Assembly (NCBI GenBank): GCA_964547425.1
Contig: CAZJNH010000001.1
Coordinates: forward strand, 5,295-69,294
Source: an uncultured Candidatus Saccharibacteria bacterium
Lineage (GTDB): Bacteria; Patescibacteriota; Saccharimonadia; UBA4664; CAZJNH01
Direction of reading: 5' to 3'
Length of the DNA stretch: 64,000 nucleotides
Under the pieces are notes generated by a model. It did no database searches and had not been told where the DNA came from. It saw only the letters and a program-made list of their open reading frames with translations. This document shows, in pieces, positions 1 to 7,838 of the stretch. The translations under genes and the position numbers were made by a program. Each line of letters begins with the position of its first letter. Position 1 is the first letter of the stretch.

Positions 1-159
1 TGGTTCTTGGCTACCTAAGCCTTCTGCCAGTACGACCGTTTTTGGGTGTAAGTCATTCGCGGTGTGATAATACTTATAACCCAAAAAGGCGGCCAGAGCG
101 GCCAGCCCAAGAATCAGAACTTTTACTTTAAGCACTTTTTGTTTTGCGGTCAGTTTCAA
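1..159 (-). CDS. Hypothetical protein with N-terminal signal anchor, 5' part only (runs off the window)
   Basis: Manual translation from TTG at 159: MKLTAKQKVLKVKVLILGLAALAAFLGYKYYHT...; basic N-region plus hydrophobic stretch; AAGGAA just upstream; not in the ORF track. Confidence 0.6.
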   Translation of the reverse strand, partial: MKLTAKQKVLKVKVLILGLAALAAFLGYKYYHTANDLHPKTVVLAEGLGSQEP

Positions 160-239
160 AATAATTCCTTAATTTACATTCAAATTATAGCATAACCACT
201 TTGCAGCACAGAGAAAGCGGAGCGCGTCGCTCTCCTCAA

Positions 240-353
240 CTAGAACCTTATATTTGATCCTAACAGCCGCCAGTAGAAAGCAAAGATAGTTACAGCCACC
301 AGTAACGCGATTAGCCAAATCACCCGGTTTGTTACTTCAAACCTTTTCTTCAT
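240..353 (-). CDS. Small single-TM protein, 37 aa
   Basis: MKKRFEVTNRVIWLIALLVAVTIFAFYWRLLGSNIRF; TTGACG-17-GATAAT promoter (389-361) ends 7 nt before the ATG. Confidence 0.55.
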   Translation of the reverse strand: MKKRFEVTNRVIWLIALLVAVTIFAFYWRLLGSNIRF

Positions 354-455
354 ACATAAGATTATCTGACCGGATCAGACAAGCGTCAATAACCATAACG
401 ACTTTGCTTACATTTTTTCTGTAATTTGAGTCAAATTTTTCAGAAAACATGTATT

Positions 456-484
456 TCGCTAACCTGTTAAGGGTTACACCCTTA
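456..484. repeat. REP-like short palindromic repeat, copy 1
   Basis: TCGCTAACCTGTTAAGGGTTACACCCTTA; near-identical inverted copy at 49101-49129. Confidence 0.6.
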
Positions 485-743
485 TCGGTGTCTGCTCCGA
501 AACAAATAAAGACCCGAGTAAGGGTGGTGGTGGTCCCCGCGTACTCAGGTCTTTATCATGCCCTTCAATCGCTTCCGCCCGAAGCGGACTGGTCGATCTC
601 TATTTGGGAGGTCGGGTCGCCTTGGGCGACAGGATTGAAGGGACTGATCCGCCTGTACCGAGCCTAAAGGAGGGTGCGTTTAGGACAGTTCCAGGCGAAT
701 CAGTAAGAAAAATATTGTAAAAGCGTCTCTCGAAGTGCTACGA
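485..743 (-). ncRNA. Putative structured ncRNA of unknown family, divergent from dprA
   Basis: Three adjacent helical domains (643-704; 561-642 four-way junction; 506-556 followed by a U-rich tail). Two stem mismatches become G-U pairs on the minus strand. Promoter at 750-778. Confidence 0.6.
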
Positions 744-749
744 TGACCA

Positions 750-778
750 AAGTTAACACATTTTGTGAATTATGTCAA
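750..778 (-). promoter_or_regulatory. Sigma70-type promoter for the putative ncRNA
   Basis: TTGACA-17 nt-TAACTT with extended -10 TG; overlaps the dprA 5' end. Confidence 0.55.
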
Positions 779-1635
779 CGCGTATTATGCAATTTACCGA
801 ACTAAATCGTCAATCTGACAACTACCCAGCGTTGCTCAGGGAGATTCATCAAGCGCCAAAACAACTGTTTGTAGATGGCGAGATTCCTCTAGATCAGATG
901 GTCTCGATCGTTGGCACGCGCCGCCCTACCGCGTATGGAGAGGAAATCACCTACAAGATCGCTTATGATTTAGCCAAAGCTGGGCTTGTGGTCGTTAGTG
1001 GTCTGGCAATCGGTATTGACGCGATCGCTCACCGGGCTGCCTTGGATGCCGGCGGCAAAACCATCGCCGTTTTGGGCTGCGGACTCGACGTCAATAACCC
1101 GGCCGAGAACAAAAGTTTGCGGGACAAGATTCCATCCAGCGGCGCTGTTATTAGTGAATACAAGCTCGGAACACCGGGAATTTACTACAATTATCCAAGG
1201 CGCAACCGGATCGTAGCCGGACTGTCGCGCGCGACTCTAGTGACCGAAGCCAATGCCGTCAGCGGGGCTCTAATTACCGCTGATTTAGCGCTCAACAACG
1301 ACCGGATGGTTATGGCAATCCCGGGAAACACTACCAGCCACCGAAGCGCGGGTCCAAACAATTTGTTGAAAAAAGGAGCGATCCCGATTACCGACTCAAC
1401 CGATGTGCTACTGGCTCTTGGCATTGAAAAAGAAGGTGACCTAAAGACCATCCGCGCTGATAGCCAAGAGGAAGCAGCAATCATCGCTATGCTAAGCAGC
1501 GGCGTTACGACTACCGAAGAAATAATCTTGCGTCTGAAAATGTCGGCCAGCCAGTTCGCTCAAATCATTTCGCTGATGGAGATAGCGGGCAAGGTCAAAA
1601 ACCTGGGTGCCGGACATTGGAGCCTAAGCCGCTAG
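772..1635 (+). CDS. dprA: DNA-processing protein DprA (Smf)
   Basis: IVGTR, VVSGLAIGID.AH.AAL, RNRIVAGLS and GALITA motifs; C-terminal winged helix; short N-terminus. Confidence 0.96.
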   Translation: MSTRIMQFTELNRQSDNYPALLREIHQAPKQLFVDGEIPLDQMVSIVGTRRPTAYGEEITYKIAYDLAKAGLVVVSGLAIGIDAIAHRAALDAGGKTIAVLGCGLDVNNPAENKSLRDKIPSSGAVISEYKLGTPGIYYNYPRRNRIVAGLSRATLVTEANAVSGALITADLALNNDRMVMAIPGNTTSHRSAGPNNLLKKGAIPITDSTDVLLALGIEKEGDLKTIRADSQEEAAIIAMLSSGVTTTEEIILRLKMSASQFAQIISLMEIAGKVKNLGAGHWSLSR

Positions 1636-1650
1636 GCTATACTCTTATGT

Positions 1651-2409
1651 ATGGTTACCAAACCCAGCCAGCCTGAGGATAACGCCGAAGAGCAGGCCAA
1701 GGCTTTATTGGCCGAACTTGAGCACCCCACCCCGAACGAGGATGACGGCGCCGATCAGGAGGAGCCAACCCAAGCCGCGAAAACTATGGCGGTCATTGGC
1801 GGAACCGCGAAGCTGCTGTTTAGCTGGCTTATCACTCCGGCCGCGATAGTGCTGATTCTGCATTTTTTCGTGTTCCAGGCTTACCAGGTCGAGGGGACCA
1901 GCATGGTGCCGACCCTGCATAACTCGGATTATTTAGTAATATCCAAGGTCGGCGCATCGCTAGCCAAACTTAAAGGCGGCAACGCCAAGCATAAATACTT
2001 CATTCCTAAACGCGGCGAAATCGTAGTGTTTATTGCCCCGCCCGAACCCGATAAAACCTTCGTTAAACGGGTAGTAGGATTGCCGGGGGAGCGTGTTGTG
2101 GTTAAAGACGGCCGGATAACCGTCTTCAACCTAAAGCACCCGGAGGGCTTCAATCCGGATGCGACCCACGAGGTAAGCGCCCCAATCACGTTAGGGGTCA
2201 ACGACATCGTCGTGCCGCCAGGTGAAATTTTCGTCGTCGGTGATAACCGCCTACCCGACGCTTCCTACGACTCGCGCGCCTGGGGAACGCTACCGGCGGG
2301 CAATATTATCGGGGTCGCCGTTTTGCGGCTGCTGCCAATTCCTGACTTTAGGTTACTCGACATCCCTCTATTGTCGCTGCACCCGACTCTTACGAGGGCG
2401 TTGCAATAA
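1651..2409 (+). CDS. lepB: Signal peptidase I
   Basis: TM followed by GTSMVPTL (catalytic Ser), FVKRVVGLPG (catalytic Lys), GDNR and DSR motifs. Confidence 0.95.
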   Translation: MVTKPSQPEDNAEEQAKALLAELEHPTPNEDDGADQEEPTQAAKTMAVIGGTAKLLFSWLITPAAIVLILHFFVFQAYQVEGTSMVPTLHNSDYLVISKVGASLAKLKGGNAKHKYFIPKRGEIVVFIAPPEPDKTFVKRVVGLPGERVVVKDGRITVFNLKHPEGFNPDATHEVSAPITLGVNDIVVPPGEIFVVGDNRLPDASYDSRAWGTLPAGNIIGVAVLRLLPIPDFRLLDIPLLSLHPTLTRALQ

Positions 2410-2437
2410 AAAGCAAATCGCTTAGCATAAACAAAGC

Positions 2438-4387
2438 ATGGCGAAGAACGTAGTTATCGTTGAGAGTCCGGCGAAGGCCAAGACTATTGAAAGGTATTTA
2501 GGTACCGGCTATAAGGTTTTGGCCAGCTATGGCCATGTCCGGGATCTGCCGAAGAGCCGGCTGGGCATCGACGTCGAGCACAACTACAAACCCGATTACA
2601 TTATTCCGCGCGGTTCCAGCAAACAGCTAAAAGCCCTGACCAACGAGATCGCCAAAGCCTCCGACATTTATCTAGCTACCGACTATGACCGCGAAGGGGA
2701 GGCCATCGCTTGGCATATATTAGAAGCCATCCCGCCCCAGAAAAACCAGAAGGTCCACCGCATCACCTTTACCGAAATTACCAAGGACGCCGTCACCGAC
2801 GCCATCAACCATCCCCGTGACATCAATGAAGACTTAGTCAACGCCCAGCAGGCCCGCCGGGTGCTTGACCGGCTAGTCGGCTACTCTTTAAGCCCGGTTC
2901 TTTGGAAAAAAGTCCGAAGCGGTCTCTCCGCCGGGCGGGTCCAATCGGTCGCGGTTAAGTTGATCGTCGACCGTGAGCGCGAGATCCAGGGTTTTAAGCC
3001 GGAGGAGTATTGGTCTCTCGAGGCCGAGTTAAGCACCTCTAAGAAAGAGCCGTTCGTCGCCAAGCTGGTTAAGATCGACGGTGAAAAAGCTGAACCGATT
3101 GCTAAGGAAACCGCCGAGATGGCCGAAAAGGATTTAAACCAAGCTTCCTTTAAAGTAGCCAATTACGAAACCAAACCGGTTAACCGCAATCCGTTCCCGC
3201 CATTTATCACCAGCTCCATGCAGCAGGACGCATCGCGCCGGCTCGGTTTTACCGCAAGGCGGACAATGCGGGCCGCGCAGTCGCTGTATGAAGACGGCCA
3301 CATTACCTATATGCGTACCGATAGCTACACTATTAGCAATCAGGCCCAGTCCCAAATCCTAGCCCAAATCACCAAACAGTTCGGCAAGCAGTACGCCGAG
3401 GGACGGCAATTCAAAAAAGCTGTCCGCGGCGCGCAGGAGGCCCACGAAGCTATCCGGATCACCAATCCCGCCGCCCAGGCCAAGGATCTAGGTGTCGATG
3501 GCGACCAAGCTAAACTTTACGATCTAATCTGGAAACGTACCTTAGCCAGCCAAATGGCACCGGCCAGATTCATCCGCAAGACCATTGTCGTCGAGGCCGG
3601 GAAGTACGAACTGCGCGCCTCAAATGAAGAGCTTGCGTTCGATGGCTTTACTAAACTCTATCAAGTCGCGACCGACGAAGAAGAAGGGGAGAAGGCTCAA
3701 AAAATTCCTGAAGTTAAACCCAGCGACAAGCTAAACCTCGAGAAACTGCTCAAGGAGCAACATTTTACGACCCCGCCGCCGCGTTACAACGAAGCCAGCT
3801 TAATTAAGAAGCTGGAAGAGGAGGGGATCGGCCGGCCTTCGACCTACGCGCCAACGATTTCGACCATCATCGACCGGGGTTACATCCAGCGTGAAGCTCG
3901 GCAGTTAGTGCCCCAAGACACCGGTTTTTGGGTAACGGATCTGCTCTCGAAGCATTTTCCGGCTGTGGTCAACGAGAAATTTACCGCCGAGATCGAAGAG
4001 GGCCTGGACGACATTGCCGAAGGCAAAACCGAGTGGCAGCCGGTGGTCAAAAACTTTTACGAGCCTCTTAATCAATTAATTAAGACCGAGCAGATCGACA
4101 AGGTCGAGATCCCCGTGATTGAGACCGACGAAATCTGTGACGTCTGCGGCAACAAGATGGTTATTAAAACCGGCCGGTTCGGGCAATTTATGGCCTGCAG
4201 CGGTTTTCCGGCTTGTAAGAATACCAAACCGATCCTAAAGACTATCGGGGTGACCTGTCCGAAGGACGGGGGAGAGTTAATCGAGCGGCGTACCAAGAAG
4301 GGCAGAACCTTTTACGGCTGCTCAAATTACCCGAAATGCGACTACGCCACCTGGACTAAACCCAAAACCCCAGCCGAAACCACATAA
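2438..4387 (+). CDS. topA: DNA topoisomerase I
   Basis: IVESPAKAKTI TOPRIM, ATDYDREGEAI, SAGRVQS, ITYMRTD (catalytic Tyr), two C4 zinc ribbons. Confidence 0.98.
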   Translation: MAKNVVIVESPAKAKTIERYLGTGYKVLASYGHVRDLPKSRLGIDVEHNYKPDYIIPRGSSKQLKALTNEIAKASDIYLATDYDREGEAIAWHILEAIPPQKNQKVHRITFTEITKDAVTDAINHPRDINEDLVNAQQARRVLDRLVGYSLSPVLWKKVRSGLSAGRVQSVAVKLIVDREREIQGFKPEEYWSLEAELSTSKKEPFVAKLVKIDGEKAEPIAKETAEMAEKDLNQASFKVANYETKPVNRNPFPPFITSSMQQDASRRLGFTARRTMRAAQSLYEDGHITYMRTDSYTISNQAQSQILAQITKQFGKQYAEGRQFKKAVRGAQEAHEAIRITNPAAQAKDLGVDGDQAKLYDLIWKRTLASQMAPARFIRKTIVVEAGKYELRASNEELAFDGFTKLYQVATDEEEGEKAQKIPEVKPSDKLNLEKLLKEQHFTTPPPRYNEASLIKKLEEEGIGRPSTYAPTISTIIDRGYIQREARQLVPQDTGFWVTDLLSKHFPAVVNEKFTAEIEEGLDDIAEGKTEWQPVVKNFYEPLNQLIKTEQIDKVEIPVIETDEICDVCGNKMVIKTGRFGQFMACSGFPACKNTKPILKTIGVTCPKDGGELIERRTKKGRTFYGCSNYPKCDYATWTKPKTPAETT

Positions 4388-4488
4388 CACAAGTCTAAAT
4401 AATTGTGGTTATGCACAAGAACAGGTATAATAATTTGTGAAATTATACTAAAGTCGGTCGTTTAACCTGACCGAAAGGCGTTTTAGTA

Positions 4489-6753
4489 ATGGCAAAAAAA
4501 TCAAAACCGCAGCAAGAGTTCTATGAGCAGCTGATGGCCTGGACCGACCGTACGATTCCGGCTCTTGGTAATTTCGACTATCGCCGGTTCAAAAAAGAAC
4601 TCAGGATGCTTGGCAGCGATATCTGGGGTTTTATCGGCGCTGGACTCGAGGACGTTGGATTCGTAGCCGCCAAAGCCTGGCACAAAATTGCAGCTCTGAA
4701 CCACAAACGCGCCCGGCGGCTAATTATGCTGCTGGGGGTGGTCGGAATTGTCACTCTGTTTGTGGTTGCAACTCTTTTCATTAGCCGAACCTTAGGCGCT
4801 TACTCCGCCGATCTTAATAACCCTCAAGCACTAATGAACCGTAATCGCCAAGGCACCATTATTACCGACCGCCACGGCTCTGTACTGTACCGCACTGAGG
4901 GAGCGGATAATTCTATCCCGGTTAAATTCAAGGCCGTACCAAAGGAATTGATTGATGCTACCCTTGCTGCCGAGGATCCAGACTTTTACCACCACGACGG
5001 CATTAGTATAAAAGGTACCGCCAGGGCAGTTTGGGCCGACGTGACTCATGGCCAAAAGGCCGAGGGGGGTTCAACGCTAGCTCAACAATTGGTCAAAACC
5101 ACCTTGCTCTCACCGGAAAAAAGCTTCACCCGCAAATTTAAAGAAATGGTTCTAGCGGTGATGCTGGAACGGCACTACACCAAAGACCAGGTCCTGGAAC
5201 TTTACTTCAACGGGGTCTACTACGGCCAAGGCTCAAGAGGAGCCGAAAGAGCGGCTGAAACCTACTTCCATAAAACTCTAAGCAACTTGAGCTTAGGCGA
5301 AGAAGCTATGCTGGCCGGATTGCCGCTTGGCCCGAACCGCTTCGACCCGAACTTTGATCCCGCCGCCGCGAAAGCGCGCCGCGACTACATTCTAGGGCGT
5401 ATGGCCGATCTAAAGTTCATCACAGCCAACGAGGCTTCAGCCGCTAAAAAAGAAAAATTAACGGTTTATCCACAGCAAATCGAGATCAAAGCCCCTCACT
5501 TTGTGTTTTACGTCCTCCAGCAGCTGCGCGACCAATACGGCGAAGACTTTCTGGAGAGGGGCGGCATTACCGTCCGTACCACCCTAGACCTCAAAAAGCA
5601 GCAAATCGGCGAACAGGAGGTGAAAGACCAGATCAGCCGGCTCGGCTACCATCACGTCACCAACGCCGGATTAGTCGCGCTCGACCCTAAAACCGGCGAC
5701 ATCCTGGCGATGGTCGGCAGCGTTGATTTCAACAATCGTCAGTTTGGTAAAGTAAACGTGACTCTCGCTAAGCTCCAGCCAGGTTCTTCCTTTAAGCCTT
5801 TTGTCTACGCCACCGCTTTTAAGGAAGGTTACAACGGCGCCACACTGGTTCAGGACCGGCCAATGAGCGTACCCGACGGCAGCGGCCAAGTCTACCGTCC
5901 GGTAAACTACGACGGCAAATTCCGCGGTCCAGTCTTGCTCCGGCGGGCTCTGGGCAACTCCTTTAATATTCCGGCGCTCAAAGTCATCCAATTAGCCGGC
6001 ATCGAAAACACCATCAAAACCGCGACCGACCTGGGTATCACCACCCTGCAAGACCCCAGCCACTACGGAATCAGCCTGGCCCTCGGTTCGGCGGAGGTCC
6101 GTCCCCTCGACGAAGCCGCCGCGTATGCGACGTTTGCCGAGATGGGCGACAAGGTTACCCCCAAAACCATCCTGCGCATCCACGACCGCTACGGCAAAGA
6201 TATTACGCCCGTCAGTACCAAGGCTACGAACGGTAAATCCGTTCTCGATCCGCGGGTTGCCTATATGATCATCAACATCCTCAGCGATAACTCCGCCCGG
6301 CTAGAGGAATTCGGTCCCAATTCACCGTTAGTGCTATCGCGCCAGGCCTTTGCCAAAACCGGTACTACCAACGACTTCCGCGACAACTTTACCGCCGGCT
6401 CAACCCCGAACCTCACCGCCGTTGTCTGGGTCGGCAACAACGACCACACCCCGATGATCGGCATTAACGGTATCACCGGCGCGGCGCCGATCTGGCACAA
6501 CTTTATGGAGCGCTCACTGGTTGGTATGCCCGTTGAAACCTTCCACCAACCCGACGGCCTGGTTACCCGGACCATCTGCCGCTACGACGGCGGCCTAGCC
6601 CCAAGAGGCCTCGCCGAGCTTTTCCTGCCGGACCACCAGCCAACCAAAACCTGCGGCCAGATCCTGCCAAAGTCAAAATCCAAGCCATCGGACAAAAAAG
6701 CAGGCGCGGCCGACAACCCGGCCGACACCACCAAAAAACACCACGCCCACTAG
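4489..6753 (+). CDS. Class A penicillin-binding protein (PBP1A family)
   Basis: AEDPDFYHHDG and GGSTLAQQLVK transglycosylase motifs; SSFK, SFN and KTGT transpeptidase motifs. Confidence 0.95.
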   Translation: MAKKSKPQQEFYEQLMAWTDRTIPALGNFDYRRFKKELRMLGSDIWGFIGAGLEDVGFVAAKAWHKIAALNHKRARRLIMLLGVVGIVTLFVVATLFISRTLGAYSADLNNPQALMNRNRQGTIITDRHGSVLYRTEGADNSIPVKFKAVPKELIDATLAAEDPDFYHHDGISIKGTARAVWADVTHGQKAEGGSTLAQQLVKTTLLSPEKSFTRKFKEMVLAVMLERHYTKDQVLELYFNGVYYGQGSRGAERAAETYFHKTLSNLSLGEEAMLAGLPLGPNRFDPNFDPAAAKARRDYILGRMADLKFITANEASAAKKEKLTVYPQQIEIKAPHFVFYVLQQLRDQYGEDFLERGGITVRTTLDLKKQQIGEQEVKDQISRLGYHHVTNAGLVALDPKTGDILAMVGSVDFNNRQFGKVNVTLAKLQPGSSFKPFVYATAFKEGYNGATLVQDRPMSVPDGSGQVYRPVNYDGKFRGPVLLRRALGNSFNIPALKVIQLAGIENTIKTATDLGITTLQDPSHYGISLALGSAEVRPLDEAAAYATFAEMGDKVTPKTILRIHDRYGKDITPVSTKATNGKSVLDPRVAYMIINILSDNSARLEEFGPNSPLVLSRQAFAKTGTTNDFRDNFTAGSTPNLTAVVWVGNNDHTPMIGINGITGAAPIWHNFMERSLVGMPVETFHQPDGLVTRTICRYDGGLAPRGLAELFLPDHQPTKTCGQILPKSKSKPSDKKAGAADNPADTTKKHHAH

Positions 6754-6754
6754 C

Positions 6755-6783
6755 TTGAAGGCTCCTACAATTTATTGTATAAT
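6755..6783 (+). promoter_or_regulatory. Sigma70-type promoter, followed by palindrome TATACTTAAGTATA
   Basis: TTGAAG-17-TATAAT with extended TG; perfect 14-bp palindrome at about 6798-6811 in the leader. Confidence 0.55.
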
Positions 6784-6818
6784 ATTGGCTGATTCACTAT
6801 ACTTAAGTATAAGAAGTA

Positions 6819-7838
6819 ATGCCAAATTCCAGTTTCGATTATCAAAAAATCGTTGACTCACTACTAGCCAAGCTGCCAAAGGAGCGTGACCGGGACGTCC
6901 TGGCCCGTCGTTACGGGTTGGGATCTTCGGCTAGTGAAACGCTCGACAAAATCGGCCGCCGCTACGGAGTCACCCGCGAACGAGTCCGCCAAGTTGAACG
7001 GGCAGCCTTAAAACGTTTGGCTGGTGCAACCTCGGGCGAGATGAAGGCCGTCAACCAGCGTTTGGCAGCCGCACTGGCCCGAGAAGGAGGAGTAGCCGAG
7101 CTGTCTGCTTTTTCCGGAAAGCTCGGAGCCGAAACCCCCACCCAAAAATCCCAACTCTACTTTTTGGCGCGGTTGGCACCCGACATCGAGATCATCGACG
7201 AGAACAAAGAACTAGAAACGACTTTATTTGAACGCTCAGCCTTTTCGGCCGCCAAATTAACCGAATTAAGCCGCCAGCTCGCCGAGGCTTTTAAACGCCA
7301 TGGCAAGCCGGCTAGACTTACTGAGATCGCCGCCAAACTGCCCGCGCAACTCAGCCAATCTGCTCTGGGGAACTTAGCCTCCGTCAGCAAGAGCCTATCT
7401 AATTTCGGTCAGCTTTGGGGGCTAAAAACCTGGCCGGCCGTTAACCCTAAAAGCATTAAGGACCGGGCCTATTTGGCTCTGGCCCAACACTCCGAGCCGC
7501 TGCATTTTTCGGCTATCGCCATCCATATCGAAAAAATTACTCCTTCAGGCCGCAAAGTCACCACCCAAGCCGTCCACAACGAACTTATTAAGGACGAACG
7601 CTTTATCTTAATCGGCCGAGGCATTTACGCACTTTCCGATTGGGGCTACACCGCCGGCACTGTGGCTGATATGATTAAAGAAGTTCTGCGCGAGGAGCAG
7701 CCGCTCCATAAAGACGAAATTGTCAGGAGGGTACTTTTGCGGCGTCAGGTGAAGCAGGCAACCATTGCCCTGAACCTTCAGGAAAAAGACCATTTTGAGC
7801 GGGTCGCCAAAGCCACCTACCAGCTAAAGCACACATGA
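6819..7838 (+). CDS. Sigma70 region-4 HTH plus C-terminal HARE-HTH (RNAP delta-like) protein
   Basis: N-terminal RRYGL...ETLDKIGRRYGVTRERVRQVE (sigma r4.2); C-terminal EPLHF...TQAVHNELIKDERFILIGRGIYAL.DWG; no sigma region 2. Confidence 0.75.
   Translation: MPNSSFDYQKIVDSLLAKLPKERDRDVLARRYGLGSSASETLDKIGRRYGVTRERVRQVERAALKRLAGATSGEMKAVNQRLAAALAREGGVAELSAFSGKLGAETPTQKSQLYFLARLAPDIEIIDENKELETTLFERSAFSAAKLTELSRQLAEAFKRHGKPARLTEIAAKLPAQLSQSALGNLASVSKSLSNFGQLWGLKTWPAVNPKSIKDRAYLALAQHSEPLHFSAIAIHIEKITPSGRKVTTQAVHNELIKDERFILIGRGIYALSDWGYTAGTVADMIKEVLREEQPLHKDEIVRRVLLRRQVKQATIALNLQEKDHFERVAKATYQLKHT

Noticed and set aside
561-642. Cloverleaf-like four-way junction as a tRNA
   Set aside because: No T-loop (TTCRA), D-loop GG, 7-nt anticodon loop or CCA end; the closing stem is 10 bp.
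449-667. 72-aa plus-strand ORF
   Set aside because: No RBS or recognisable motif; it lies over the structured element that is better explained as a minus-strand RNA.
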